A stretch of 64,000 nt of DNA, taken from the human T2T-CHM13v2.0 reference genome, Homo sapiens. Below the pieces are notes generated by a model. The model saw only the letters and a program-made list of their open reading frames with translations. It did not search any database and had not been told where the DNA came from. The stretch lies in assembly GCF_009914755.1 (NCBI RefSeq), contig NC_060932.1; one strand, 5' to 3'. Position numbers and translations under genes: made by a program. Shown here piece after piece: positions 29,151-49,946 of the stretch (position 1 is the first letter of the stretch; every line of letters begins with the position of its first letter).

Positions 29151-29403
29151 TAGCCTGGAACATTGCAGAGCAGAAGGAATTTTACTTAGCAGTTGTGGAC
29201 CACCTGCACATACATCGTTTCACTTCTCCAGATCCTTCTTCCGCAGCAGGAAGGAGACCAGAGAGATGCCAGGCAGGTCTTAAACACATCCTCCCAAGCC
29301 CTCTTAGAGGATGTTGCAAACATCCCTGGAGACCTGGAGACCCAGGGCCTTCTGGGAACAGCTTTCTCTGTAAGGAACCACTTTCTCTGATCTGTCCCCC
29401 TAA

Positions 29404-29746
<343 letters not shown>

Positions 29747-29854
29747 CCTTTGGAGGTCTTGAAAACTGGAGCTGCTCTTCCTGCAGCAACAGATTAGGCT
29801 TGGACCTGGCACATCCTACCAACACTCAAGTGCATGTGCAAGTTCAGAAACTCC

Positions 29855-30193
<339 letters not shown>

Positions 30194-30371
30194 TGAAGCA
30201 AGATCATGGAAAAAGACAATCTGTCCAGTCCACAACAGACATTTATTACCCCTAAGCATGGGGCGGCACAGAGCTGGATGCTGGTTGTACAAAGGAGAAG
30301 GAAGAAACACGTGGTCAATCCCCACACACTAGGTGGCTCATAAGTAACAATAACAGTGCAGTGCTAGCGAA

Positions 30372-30480
30372 CCTCATTTACAGATAAGGAAGGAATCAGG
30401 CTCAGAGAGGTTAGGTAACTTGCCTAAGGGCACACAGCAAGGAGGTGGCAAATCTGGGCTTAGGACCCAGGTCAGGCCAT
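30372..30480. mobile_element. MIR fragment
   Basis: catttacagataagg...ggctcagagaggttaggtaacttgcctaagg. Confidence 0.75.
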
Positions 30481-30734
30481 GCAACTCCATCTCAGAGATA
30501 AAAATCCTCTCATGAAAAGGAAGCAAGTTGCATTTCTGGGTATTTTTAGAGAGGTTTACTGAGGGTGCTGGTTTTCTCCACCCATTGAGATAACTGGAGC
30601 TAACAGTAGAAGACTCAGAAAGGGTCACTTAGAAGGGATCTGATGCCACACACAGGCCCAGCTTTTCCAGTTAAACTACAACTTCTGCAGGCCTGCATTG
30701 TCTTATTTGGTGCTCTCAAAAAGTATCCATCCCC

Positions 30735-31060
30735 TCGAAATCAGTCTGGCAATATATGAAAAGAGCTATAAAATTGTTCCTATCCTTTGACCCAATCATC
30801 TTGCTTTTGGAATATACCCCAAGGAAACATGCAGAAGAGAAAAGAAAGCAAACGGCACAAAGCTGTTTATGGTAACACCGTTCATAACAGTGGAAACATG
30901 GGACATGACCCAATGCCCAAAATTGGGAAAAGGTTATGCAAACGATGGTACTTTAAGACAATGGAATGTTATGTTGCTATTAAAAGGAATTAAGTTTACA
31001 GATTCTGTGGATGGATCAAAGTGCATGCAAAAGATGTTAAGAGAAAAGAATGCAAAAAAA
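30735..31060 (+). mobile_element. Ancient L1ME 3' fragment
   Basis: cctttgacccaatcatcttgcttttggaatatacccc...atggaatgttatgttgctattaaaagg. Confidence 0.6.
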
Positions 31061-31346
31061 AGTATGCTTGGGCTACAAATATAAATCAGTCGGCATGCTC
31101 ATTGATAAGGATCAGAAATGAACACGGTGCTGCAAATAGCTGGTACTCTAGATTTATAGCATTGTTTTTTCTTCTAAAGTTCACAGTACCATGAAAGTAC
31201 TAACTTTTGGTGTGGAGCAAGATAGTGGAAAAAAGATCCATCATCTCCTTTTGCTCATGGTGAGTGGTGAGGGGATTTCCTCATCTGAAAGGTCAGCGTG
31301 CATCTGCAGTGTAATGTGTCTGCAAGAACAGCCCACTCAGTGTTCA

Positions 31347-31562
<216 letters not shown>

Positions 31563-31589
31563 CTATGCCCACTAGGCCACGTCTCGAAC

Positions 31590-31930
31590 AGTACGTATAG
31601 TTGTAGGCACCATATTTCAGGGAAGACTGACAAACTAGGGCTCACTTCAAGGAGGATAGTGACTAAAGACCATGAAAAAAATCTTGAAAAGACTTGAGGA
31701 TGTCTAGCCTACAGCAGAGAAACCTCTTGGAGACCCAAGAAGCTTCTCTGTAGCCCTTGGGAAGGATTCGTGTGGAAGGTTAGGCTTGTTTGGGGCACCA
31801 ACTCATGGTACACGAGCACCAAGACTTGTGTACAGAAGTTATGGAGAAGCAGAGTTTAAGTCAAGATGAGGATCCGGGTTGTTCAAAAGAGGCCATGGGA
31901 TCCACACTGCTAGAAGTGTGTAAGCAAAGC
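31590..31930 (+). mobile_element. L3/CR1 LINE fragment
   Basis: ggcaccatatttcagggaagactgacaaactag...gaggatgtctagcct resembles the CR1 3' region. Confidence 0.5.
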
Positions 31931-32429
31931 ACAAAAGATTCTATCACATGAACAACTAATGGTCTCTTTTTCTATGACCCTCCAATTTGACTTCCAGCAA
32001 CTTAAACGGGTTTATGCTTCTACCGGGGGACATAGTTTTGCTGATTCGTAAGGCTCTGAGGGAAAGGCATATGGTAAAAATGGAATTATCTGCTTGTCAG
32101 ATGCTAAGTTAGTTCTATTGACCCACTGTGCATGGGAATTCCATTTTCAGCTGTTTTCCCAGGACTGGTCAGAAGTGTTTACAGAGTGATGTGGTGGTGA
32201 ACTACAGACAACTAGAGGTACAATCTGTTGATTTTTGTTTTTTAATGAAAATTTAACTGTGTGGCATTGAGCAACATCTGTGATCTTTGACTTTATTAAT
32301 AAAGCAAACAACCATCAATCAGCTATTTGTATTTTCCAGTAGTTATGCTATGCCCTCTGAGAAATCCAAAATCTAAGCCATGATCCCAGCCTTCAAGAAA
32401 CTTACATGACGCCAGCCACGATGAAAAAT

Positions 32430-32690
32430 GAAGAGAGGATCTGAACTTGTGGAGATAATAAACAAGTGTATGAGACAGAAAATACACACGCAAGGAAACA
32501 AATATCTAATTGCAAATTGTGATCCGTGCTATGAAGTAAATAAGCAAGCTGATGTGATCGAGGGGGAAGGGAGGAAGGAGGTGACTTCTTTAAATAAGGT
32601 TCTCAGGGCAGGCCTCTCAAGGAAGTGTTATTTATCCTAAAAGCTGAAGACAGAGAAGAGACTGCCACCCAGAAGATGGGAAAGAGAGAA
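32430..32690. mobile_element. L2 fragment
   Basis: caaattgtgatccgtgctatgaag...cagggcaggcctctcaaggaagtg is L2-like. Confidence 0.55.
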
Positions 32691-32993
32691 ACAGTACATT
32701 GCCAGACACAACGCATGACACCAAAACTCCTCTAAACCAGAGGGGAAACTTAAACTCATCTTTCAGATGCCTTTGGAGCTCATCGTGTCTATTTGAAATG
32801 CTCCCTACAGAGTCTAGAGCAGAGCTTTACTCATTGTAGATGCTCAATACACGTGAAGTGAACAGACAAGTGGCTCTGAGAATAGCTTTCTTATTGTTGG
32901 GCAATTGATACCCTATTCATTGTGCACGTACAAGCTCCTCTCCTTAGTTACGGCTTCCTAGGAACTCTTGTGGATGACACAAAAGTAAGAGGA

Positions 32994-33275
32994 GGCTGGG
33001 GGCAGTAGCTTATACCTGTAATCCCAGCACCTTGGGAGGCCGAGGGGAGCAGATCACATGAGGTCAGGAGTTTGAGACCAACCTGGCCAACATGGCGAAA
33101 CCCCATCTCTACTAAAAATACAAAAATATTAGCCGGGCATGGTGGCACACACCGTAATCCCAACTACTGGGGAGGCTGAGGCACGAACCTGGGGGGCAAA
33201 GGTTGCTGTTAATTGAGATGGCACTACTGCACTCTAGCCTGGGTGACAGAATGAGACTGTCTAAAAAAATAAAAA
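32994..33275 (+). mobile_element. Alu (AluS-like)
   Basis: Dimer with a small right-arm deletion. Confidence 0.92.
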
Positions 33276-34907
33276 CCTTGCTCTAGACAAGCCGCCCCCT
33301 AGTTCTTCCAATGGTGAACCTTCCTAGTTGAGCAGGGTTACCATAACCCACACCTGGATGTATCAAAGAAAACTGTGCATCTATCTGCTCAAAGTTGTCC
33401 GAATTCCCAGCAGGGGCACCTGCTCTATCTCAAAATGTAAGACTCTGGAATGAGCACTTTGTAGGTTTCAGGTCCACTGCAGACATTAATGTCTGGTGGG
33501 TGGGTTGGATTTATGATCAGCATCATCTGGGAATCACATTCTGTCCATTAGGTCGAGCTAAGTGCTGTCAGGAATTTGAGGAAGAGCTCTGCTGAGTGAG
33601 GGAGCGAATAAGTGGTTATGACGTTTTAAGTGACTCCAGATGGCCCCGCAGGTACTGCGGTGGCAGCTCCACGCAGGGCACAGCCGCTGAGCAGTCTGCG
33701 AACTCACTTAACCCTCAGAAGTTTGGAATCCAAAACACTTGCCATTTGCTGTTTAGTTTCACGTACTTTTTATATGCACTAAGATGACAAGAAAGCTCAA
33801 AGAGAAATCACCCAGTACACATTTTAGATTGAACATGAAAACTATAAATCTGCCCTTGAAAGTCAAACTTGTCTCACATTCTAGAGTCTTGTGGAAGACC
33901 AAGTACCATGAGCACAGCTCCCAGCAGTATAGTTAACACTCATTTCTGTTCTGAATATCTCCGATGAAGAAAAAGTGAGGAGGAAAGCCCCTTGACTTTG
34001 TTTACAGAGCAATAACTCTGAAGCCAGTAAAAAATTGGACATTAAAACCATAAACAGAAAAGAATAGACAAAGGTATCTTTCTAATGGGACCAGGAATAG
34101 CACAGACACTTCTAATATAAAAATGTAACTTCAAAGTAACATGAAATACATCCTACAGTACTACAGAAATGTAATTTGAGCCATTTTCATAATTGTTTAT
34201 GAAATTAAACCAGGTAGCAACCAAATGTGACAACATTCAAGGGAAGAAGAATATATTCCAGAAAATATTCTTTTGCTTTTGATTTTGATCTCTAGCAAAT
34301 CCTCAAAATTAACAAATAACAGATGGCAAGTAAGCACTGAGAAAAGGAACGAGTGCAAGATACATTGATTAATTAAAATAAAACAGGGGAAGCCTGTGTA
34401 CTGTGATTTGTGATAGATGTCTAACAGAATCTCTCGTGACCTCCCCTTGGTCCAAAGGAGGTCTGCAGCCTCCACTGAGAGGTAATAGCTTCCATAGTTG
34501 ACAGAACAGCTAAACTGGGCTCTTGGCCCCATACGAGCCTGCAGAGAGATCCCAGAAGCCTGTAAAGTGTCTATCCTTAGTCCTGTCCATTTTGATCACA
34601 TTGTCAAGCTTCTAAATGGAAACAAAGACCACCTTATCAGGTTTATGACTGACCACATGCTAAGCAACTGCTGACATATTGAAAAGTGCCACACAGGGGT
34701 CCACTCACCTACTCACCAGCTGCTGGACCTTCTCTGAGCTTCAATTTCCTTCTCAGAGTGTTGGCCAAATGAGAATACCTCATAGAGGCTTTGTGAGAAT
34801 TAAACTACGCAACAGAAGTAAAATACCAAGAGAGCATCAATAAATGTTGACTTCTTCAGAAACTGCTAGGATTCAATATCATCTCAATAGCTGAGACTGA
34901 TAGATTA

Positions 34908-35315
<408 letters not shown>

Positions 35316-36709
35316 CTAATATCAACTTTGATTTCAGAAAAACAACTCAGGGAATTTTTTAATGGGCTACAAATTTAGCATAGAGAGGGTTTTGTTTGTT
35401 TATTTGTTTGTTTGTTTTAAAAAAGACAGACAATCTGAAAATAGAGTGCTAATGATGTGGTATATGGAATAGGGCTAATGGCTGAATGTTGTAACCAGGC
35501 ACAGTTTGCTCCATAAAATGATACCTTAAGCCATGTTGAGTTGATAAGAAGCACACAATTAATATGGTCTGTGCTTATCATATAGAAGCCCTATATTTGA
35601 CATCACTGTAATAGTCATCAGTATGAGCTACTGTATACTTATTAAATGATAAACCTAATTATCTCTTAATAATGAAGTGTTCTGTAATTCAAATTTTATA
35701 ATTTAAATGACTCCTTTCTCTCTGTTAGTCAAAAGTATTGTGATGATGTATAACCTAGTGCCACAAATTCGTCTCAAAGAAGGACTACTGTCATATATTT
35801 GACAAATATATATATGACAAATGATACTAAATATGCAAGAATTCATCCCTCGAATTTTGGCACATTTGGTTTCTACCTGGTTTAAGTTCATAAACAATTA
35901 CTGAAAATGACTAAAATTACATTTCTATAGTACTGTGAAGTGACAACATTTTTATATTAGAAGTGTCTCTACTATTCCTGGTTCCATTAGAAAGACATCT
36001 TTCTCTATTTTTTCTGTTTATGATTTTAATGTCCTTTTTTTTTCCTGGCTTCCGAATTAATAAAATATAAGTGGAACCAAATTTTTAAATATTCATATTG
36101 ACTGAGATAGCATACTTTTCAAATGTTGTTCACAGAAACAAGGCTTCACTGAGTCATGTTTACAACGAACAAGAGGAGAGAAACATTTAAACAAAAATAG
36201 CAGACTGCACTGGGTCTGTGCAGAAAGACATTATGAAAACTTTCACAAATAGAGATACTCAAAATCTGCTTTCTTAAAATAAGGCTTTGCTCCTCATCTA
36301 GGACCAAATTTAGCACATACCAAAGTCATTAAAAACAAAGCCATTTTTTAAGCTCTGAGTGTAAAAGTGCATCTGCTGTTTTTTTCTGACAAAAAAAAGG
36401 GAAATGTTTTCACCATTTTTAACGTGGTCAAAAAGAACCAAATGGATTTTTAGGGTGTTTTCCAAAAGTGAAAGAAAAGGGGAAGTGAGCTGATACTAAA
36501 TATGCAAGAATCTGGATAACTGAATGAATTTAGACGAAATATTATACATAAAACTTCAGTTTAGCAAAAATCAAAGTACAGTATGTCTCATGGGTTCAGA
36601 ATTGCTGCTGAAACATAGGTACACATAGATCAGTTGTTAGCCAATTTATATTGTTATAAATGCAATATTCATGTGAATCTCTCTAAGGCATATTAAGAGT
36701 ATAAGTCTT

Positions 36710-37123
<414 letters not shown>

Positions 37124-37155
<32 letters not shown>

Positions 37156-37227
37156 AAGAAGGAAGGGAAGGAAGGAAGAAAGAAAGAAAGGGAGGGAGGG
37201 AGGGAGGAAGGAAGGAAGGAAGGAAAA
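37124..37227. repeat. Poly(A) plus (GGAA/GGGA/GAAA)n purine tract
   Basis: About 100 consecutive purines, read directly. Confidence 0.95.
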
Positions 37228-37993
37228 TTAATCAGAAAGCATTGGATCTTCCAAAACAAAAAAGTGTGTAAGCCTTGTAAGCCAAGTACAGTATATTACA
37301 ATTTTCTATTGTTAGACTTTGTTATCAGTAATTTTGTATCTTGGTCCTTCTCTTGTCACACTTTACACTAAGCAGAGCTTCCCAGTTAAGAAAACATTCA
37401 AAACATTTTCTTTAGTTGCCTTGAATGTGAGACACCTTGAATGAATTGAACCTGCTTAGTGCTACCAACACTCATGTTTCTACTGGCTGGTAGTGCTAAC
37501 CGCAGGGTTGAGGAAGGTAGAAAGATACCCAGATTCCCTCCAAAAATAACCAGCATGTTTGTCGAAGCAGTCACTGTCTTCACCACACTTCCTCTTTTTT
37601 TGGTTCAAGTCATTTCCTCTATGGGAAATTATCTGTAAATGAGTCTATCTTGTAGCCTACCAGGTTGCCTTTTCCTCGAAATTCTGTTTACTTGGGATTC
37701 TTCCCTAATCTCTCCACCAAATATATTTGCTTTAGTCCTTCCTCTTCTCTGGTTAGCTCTGTGGTTAGAAATGTAAATACTGAATTTAACGTGACTTCTT
37801 TGTGCTGTTTGGAAGGATTCTTGCAGCAAAATATCCCCCAACCATAAAAAGGCAGGGTGAGGTAATGCAAGGAATTAATCTAGCTGTGGATATGTGTATT
37901 GCTATGAATGTAAATAAATATCTGACAGGTGTGATTTAAGTTGTAAAAGGGTCTATTAAAACACAACTATTTTTTATTTAAAAAATCAGAAGG

Positions 37994-38306
<313 letters not shown>

Positions 38307-38373
38307 TCAATAAAGGAGAACAGCTTCAAATTACCTGTTTGTGTTCCATTATATTCATAAGCCATGCATTTTA

Positions 38374-38838
<465 letters not shown>

Positions 38839-39597
38839 TCAAACCAAGTACATAGGTTAAAAATGTGAGGAAAGGGATGGAAGAGAAATCGGAGTCAATG
38901 TGGATGCTACAGCTTCCAAGCCCAGGCAGTTGGGGAAATTAATGAGTGAAAGTGAGAGGACAGGTTTTATCATCTGCAAAGTGCTACAACAATGTCCGTG
39001 ATTGTTATAGGTCCAGGAACACAGAGAGGAAAAACTAGGAAAGGTGGATGTGGTTAGCAACAAGAGCAATGAGTTCAGCTGGGAACTTCCCATCTTGAAG
39101 AGTGAGGTATTTAGCAGAGATGTACCAGACACAATGAAAGATTTCCACTTGGAAGTTGAGTAAGGTAGCTCACCTGGAGACAGATTTAGGAGTCACCACA
39201 TAGGGGTGATGTTTGAGTCTTTGAGCAAATAAGGGAATGTGGACAGGAAACATCGCTGATGATGACAACCCCTTTGAGTTTCACAATATAAATCTTTCCA
39301 TTGCCTTTTTCTCCAGTACATAGTCAATTGTTGAGGTCTTGTCTGTGTCTGCCTTTTCTCTGTCCTTTGTTTGTTTGTTCTAGCTTATGCACTCCCAGAA
39401 GGTAAGAATGTGTCTGTTTAACTCACTTTGAACAGTAGAGAACTCAGTATCACTGGCACACAGGCTCTGCAAGTGCAGTTCTTACCCAACATGAATTGGT
39501 TTGGCCTAAGCTTGGAGATGGAGGGTCTGGCTCCATGACACAAAGCGTGGAGCCAAGGGTGAGTGCAGAGGTAGGGCTTCAAAGAAAACCCTGCTCA

Positions 39598-40292
<695 letters not shown>

Positions 40293-40472
40293 TTACACAA
40301 GGAGGGCACCAGGTCTAATGAATAAGGGGGAAAGGTATAACATATGATGGCTTCCCTAACCTCTAGCCCTCTAGTTCCACATTCCTGTCCCAGTAAAGTT
40401 CTAACACAGTCTCTTCATAGTTCAACCTGTATTGTAGGCTTTGGAATATGCTTCAGGGCATGTGTGTTCCCA

Positions 40473-40883
40473 TGCATCTTAGTCATTTTGTGCAGTTGTA
40501 ACAGAATACCACAGACTGGGTAATTTATAATGAACATACATTTACTGGTTCATGGTTCAGAAGCCCAGTGTCAAGAGGCCAGCATCTTGTGAGGACCTTC
40601 TTGCTGCATCATAACATGGCAGAAGGTGTCACATGGTGGAAGGACAAAAAGAGAGGGCAAGGGAGAGGCAAGCCCACTCCCACAATAACAAACCCACTCC
40701 CACAATAACAAACCCACTCCCATAATAACAAACCTACTCCCTTGATAACAACATTAGTCCATTCTTGAGGTGTTGCCCTTGTGATCTAAACACCTCTTAG
40801 AGGTCCCACCTCCCAATACCATTACAATGCCAATTAAATTTCAACATGAGCTTTGGATGGGGACAAACATTCAAACCACAGCA
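40473..40883 (-). mobile_element. MSTC/D-like MaLR solo LTR
   Basis: tcttagtcattttgtgcagttgtaacagaataccacagactggg...acaaacattcaaaccacagca. Confidence 0.85.
40671..40750. repeat. 20-bp tandem repeat, 4 copies (aacccactcccacaataaca)
   Basis: Read directly. Confidence 0.92.
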
Positions 40884-42520
40884 CTGTGTGTACTTTAGTA
40901 TCTTTCCTTAAAGTCAGTTGTGGTTTTGGCTGTCTGTGAATAACCAGATTGTAAGCTTCTCAAAGGCAGGGATGAAACAGAAGCCCACTGTTCATGGCCT
41001 GTCCTGGAACACTGGAGGAACTCCAGCTTTTCTGCTACCTGGGTCTGAATTAAGGACGTCCCAAATTTAAGAACTTGGTTTACTACATCACAAGGGCGTT
41101 GCCCTTGCTTTACTTTGTTCCTGACACCATTCCCTTCATTCTGCCAGGCAACCACCTCACTCTCCATCTACAGTTATTTGCTTTCCTTATCCCTCACATC
41201 CAATATCTTCTGGTGTCCTTAGGCAATGTCTGCATCTTCTTTGACTCGGCACTCTCAGAAAACCATTCTTTGGAGCACATGCTTAACCTGGCCCTAGGAT
41301 CTCTGCACTTTCCCTGCAAACAGGCCCTGCCCAGTGTGTCCCAGAAAGAGATCTGGTCATTTAGTGTTTGTCTATCCCCTCCCTCTGGCCCGTGAATTCC
41401 ACATTTCTGACAATCTTACCTTCATATCTTCCATTCTGAAGATGAGTGAAAAGTTGTGGGTTGAAACAGTTCCAATTGTGATTAGAATGTATGTGGTCAT
41501 TAGCAAACAAAATATAGTAAAATACAACTCAAATGAATAAGTAAAAGCAGTTCACTTTCTGTGGCTCTTCAGCTTTTTGGTTATAGTTGCCTCTTTTTGC
41601 ATAAAATTAGAACTAGTTTGCTGTGTTTACAGAAAAGGCTTTGCTTTGCTTTGCCAAGCAAATTGGCAAGAAAATGTTCTTGCAATAAAAGGACACAACA
41701 TTCTAATATCCTTTCCTAGTTCTGCCCTATAAAACGCAGTCTCTGTTGCATTCTCAAGCATCAGGGAATTATAACTTCCCTCCATCACCACCAACACTGC
41801 TACAGACCAAAAAAGAAAAGCCAACATCTTTATTAACTCTTTGAATAAATTGTTATTGTGCACACATCAAGTGCTGGGAGCTGGGCTAGGCATTGTGAGA
41901 GTTACAGTCACATGGAAGCCATGCTCCCTGGCCCACAGCTACTCACAGGTCTAGCCGGGGAGATAAGACATTACTATCAGCCACTATCAGGCAGATGCCA
42001 TAAATGCCATGTACATGAGTGGTGGGATCTCAAATGCCGTAGGATTTCAGAGGAGGGGGAGAAGATGTCTGGCTTAACAGAGGAAGTTCGAGTCTAGTTG
42101 GCCTTTTGTTTTCTCAATAAATATTTATTGGGTGTCTCTGAGGACTGGACTGAGTTCCGTGCCAATTGCTAAGGAACACAAGAGTGGGCAAAACAGACAT
42201 CGTTTGTGGTTCTGATGAGAACCTATAGGGGAAAAGATATTAACCAGATGATCATGCAATTATATAATTATACCGCCTGGTAAATTATCTGAAGGAAGTA
42301 GTAGGGCCTATGGGGGCCTATGGGGTCAGGGAAGGCTTCCCCGTGGAAGGGATGTGGGAGCTAAGATCTGTAGATGAGTAGGAGTTAACCAGGCCACAAA
42401 AGAAAAGAAAAGAAAAAAGAGAGGAAAGAGAGAGGGGAGTGAGCATTACAGACCAAGGGAACAGCATGTCCAAAGTTCCTGAGGTAGGAGTAAGCATGGC
42501 AATTTAAACAATGAGAAATG

Positions 42521-42523
<3 letters not shown>

Positions 42524-42568
<45 letters not shown>
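42524..42568. repeat. (TG)n microsatellite, about 22 units
   Basis: Read directly. Confidence 0.98.
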
Positions 42569-42570
<2 letters not shown>

Positions 42571-42728
42571 AGCAAAAATGACCGGGAGAAGAGAAGACTG
42601 GAGCCAGACCATGGGATCTAGTGGGCCCTGGTGAGGACTTGAGTCTTGATCCCAAGAGGAATGAGAATCTACTGAAGGGGTTTAATAAGAGGAGAAATGA
42701 TCAGATTTGCATATTAAAAACATATCCT

Positions 42729-43680
<952 letters not shown>

Positions 43681-44209
43681 CAGAAACATTATTCTGGCCA
43701 CAGTGTGGGGAATGATTGATTGTAGGGCTCTGGAGTTAGTTGCAAAAGATCAACTGTAGGCAGTTATACTGATCCAGGCAACAGATAATGGTGGGATTGG
43801 AGGAGAAAAGTGGATGTACGTGTCAGATACTTGAGAATAAAAAGCTGGTATCAGTTCTTAGGAACAGACCGTGAGAGCGTGGAAGGTGTTTTCCTCAATC
43901 CCAGTGTTTCCTTCCTATGAAAGGAGTTTGTCTCAGCCCTTCTTCTTCCTCTTAAGAGTGAGCTGCCTCAGAGAGGAATTCTCTGCAGGTCCTCCTGGCG
44001 TTGACAGAGCTGGGAGTGCTGCCCAGGAGTGGGTGGGTGAGTGGATCTCTGTCTTCTATTGTAGTTTGGATGCAGGTCCATTTGGCCCTCACACTGGATT
44101 AAGTTCTCCACACTTCTCTATCGGTAAAGGTAATATCTTGGCCACCATATTTACTCTTTGGTTTATTTCTCTAACTCTGGGCAGAGAGGAGAGAGACGCT
44201 ATTTATTAG

Positions 44210-44507
<298 letters not shown>

Positions 44508-44574
44508 CTGGAGACTACTCTTGAGACTCCAAATAGACTGGATATGGGTGATGGGGCTTGATGGATGGATAAGA

Positions 44575-45977
<1,403 letters not shown>

Positions 45978-46052
45978 GATGAATACGATTTTGATAGAAA
46001 TGGAAGGAAAGACATTAGAGGTGTGGGGACAACATAAGTAAAGAAGCAAGAT

Positions 46053-46358
<306 letters not shown>

Positions 46359-47032
46359 GAAGCAAGATGACAGAAAAGCATACAAGGTATGACTGTGGAA
46401 AACTGAATGAACCAATCCAACTAGAGCTGAAGATCTGTGTGAGAAAGTTAAAGTAGGGCTGGAAAGATGGTTGGATTCAGGTTATGGAAGGTGCAGAGGG
46501 CCATGCTACAGTCTATGGATTTTATCTTATAAGCAAAGGAAAGTTACTGTAAAGTTTTCAAGCCAGCAGCATGAGCTAAACAACTTGTGGTGTGTAGAGC
46601 AGATTAAGCACAGAAGCCAGTCAGGAGATTATTACAAGTTCCTGAACTAGTGTGACAATGATAATGAAGGAATAAATGCAGACATGTGAAGGAAGAACTG
46701 ACAGGTCTTTCTTGGAAGGTCAGATGGAATGAGTGAGGGACAAGAAGAATCCAAGATGGCTCCAGGGTTTGTGGTCTCGATGCCTGGAGAATGGGAGTGG
46801 CATATGAATGTCAGGAGACATTAGACTTCATTAAAATTAAAAACTTTAAAATTAAATTAAAAATTTTTGTGCATCAAAGGACATTATCAAGAGAATGAAA
46901 AGATGATCCACGGAACAGGAAAATATTTGCAAAGCATATATCTGATAAGGGTTTAATATCCAGAGTATACATAAAAATCTCTTATAACTCAACAACAGGA
47001 AGACACACAACCCAATTTGAAAATAAGGAAAG

Positions 47033-47348
47033 CGGCCAGGCGCGGTGGCTCACGCCTGTAATCCCAGCACTTTGGGAGGCTGAGACGGGTGGGTCACCTG
47101 AGGTCAGGAGTTAACAGTCTGGCCAACATGTTAAAACCCTGTCTTTACAAAAAAATCAAAAATTAGCTGGGCATGGTGGCCTGCACCTGCAACCCTAGCT
47201 ACTCAGAAGACTAAGACAGGAGAATCACTTGAATCCAGGAGGCAGAGGTTGCAGTCAGCTGAGATCGTGCCACTGCACTCCAGTCTGCGTGACAGAGCAA
47301 GACTCCATCTCAAAATATAAAATAAAATAAAATTAAAAATAAATAAAA
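47033..47348 (+). mobile_element. Alu (AluS-like)
   Basis: TSD aaaataaggaaagc / aaaatgaggaaagc. Confidence 0.93.
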
Positions 47349-47500
47349 ATGAGGAAAGCACTTGGCTAGACATTTCTCCAAAGCAGATCTACAGATTGCC
47401 AAAAAGCACATGAAAACATGTTCAACATCAACAGACATTAGGAAAATGCAAACTGAAACCACAATGAGATACTACTTCACATCTAGTAGTGTGGCTACAA

Positions 47501-47795
47501 TTTTTTTTTTTTTTTTGAGACGGAGTCTCGCTGTGTCGCCCGGACTGCAGTACAGTGGCGTGATCTCGGCTCACTGCACCCTCCCCCTCCCAGGTTCAAG
47601 CAATTCTCCTGCCTCAGCCTCCTGAGTAGCTGGGATTACAGGCACGCGCCACCATGTATGGCTAATTTTTGTATTTTTGGTAGAGATGGGGTTTCACCAC
47701 GTTGGTCAGGCTGGTCTCGAACTCCTGACCTCATGATCCTCCTGCTTCAGCCTCCCAAAGTGCTAGGATTACAGGCGTGAGCCACAAGGCCCAGC
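47501..47795 (-). mobile_element. Alu (AluS-like)
   Basis: Antisense dimer. Confidence 0.93.
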
Positions 47796-47970
47796 CATAA
47801 TTTTTTTTTTTTAATTGAAAATAACCAAGCATTGGAGATCATTTGGAGAATTTGGAGCCCTCATGGTATTGCTGATGGGAATGTAAAATAATATATCCAC
47901 TGTGAAACACAGCCTGGCAGTTCCTCCAAAAGTAGAACATAGAATTACCATATATACAGTAAGTCCACTC

Positions 47971-48569
47971 TGTTAATCAGCTCTGGCAGCTATAACAAAA
48001 TGCCACAAACTAGGTGGCATAATCGACAAACATTTATTTTTTTGTTTGTTTATTCTTTCTTGAGACAGGGTCTCTGTCATTCAGGTTGGAGTGCAGTGAC
48101 ACCATCTCAGCTCACTGCAACATCCACCTCTCAGGTTCAAGCAATTCTCCTGCCTCAGCTATAGGCGCCTGCCTATAGTAACTGGGACTATATTAGCCAC
48201 CACACCTGGCTAATTTTTTTTGTATATTTAGTAGATATGGGGTTTCACCAGGTTGGCCAGGCTGGTCTTCAACTCCTGACCTCAAGTGATCCACCCACCT
48301 CAGGCTCCCAAAGCGCTGGGATTACAGACATAAGCCACCACGCTCGGCCACAGACATTTATTTCTCACAGTTCCGGAGCCTGAAAGTCTAATCCCATTCA
48401 TAAAGCCTCCACTGTCATGAGCACATCTAATTACCTAATTATCCTGATTACCTGCCAAAGACCCCACCTCCTTGCAAAATCCATACGCTGAAATCCCACC
48501 CCATCACATTATGGGGTGGGATACAAGCATATGGGTTTTGAGAGGACACAAGCATTCAATTCTGTAGCA
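47971..48569 (-). mobile_element. Internally deleted MLT1A-like LTR with a nested Alu (48035-48349)
   Basis: tgttaatcagctctggcagctataacaaaatgccacaaactagg...cattcaattctgtagca; TSD cactc / cattc. Confidence 0.75.
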
Positions 48570-48805
48570 CATTCTTTGGTATATACTCCAAGTAATTGAA
48601 AGCAGGGACTCAAACAGATTCTTGTACACCAATGTTTACAGCAGCGTTTTTCACAATAGGCAAAGGCAGAAGCAACCCAGGTGTCTATCAACAGTTGAAT
48701 GGATTTTTAAAATGTATTATATACATACAATAGAATATTAGTCAGCCTCAAAAAGGAATGAAATCCTGATACATGCTACAACATGGATGAACCGTGAAGA
48801 CATTA

Positions 48806-49108
<303 letters not shown>

Positions 49109-49303
49109 CTAGAATAAATAAATTCATAGAAATGGAAAGTCAAACAGAGGCTCCTAAGGGGTGAGGTAAGTGCAAATAAGGAGTTATTGATCAATGGGTG
49201 CAGAATTTTATTTAGGGTGATGAAAAAGTTTTAGAGATAGAGAGTTGTGATGGTTGCACAACATGACGCTACATTTTAAAAAGGTTAAAATTGCAAATAC
49301 TGG

Positions 49304-49946
<643 letters not shown>

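Noticed and set aside
37398-37870. Overlapping ORFs in unique sequence
   Set aside because: No recognisable protein similarity, non-ATG starts and no convincing splice-site pair
40671-40750. Short regular repeats as a CRISPR-like array
   Set aside because: Head-to-tail tandem repeat with no spacers, in eukaryotic LTR DNA
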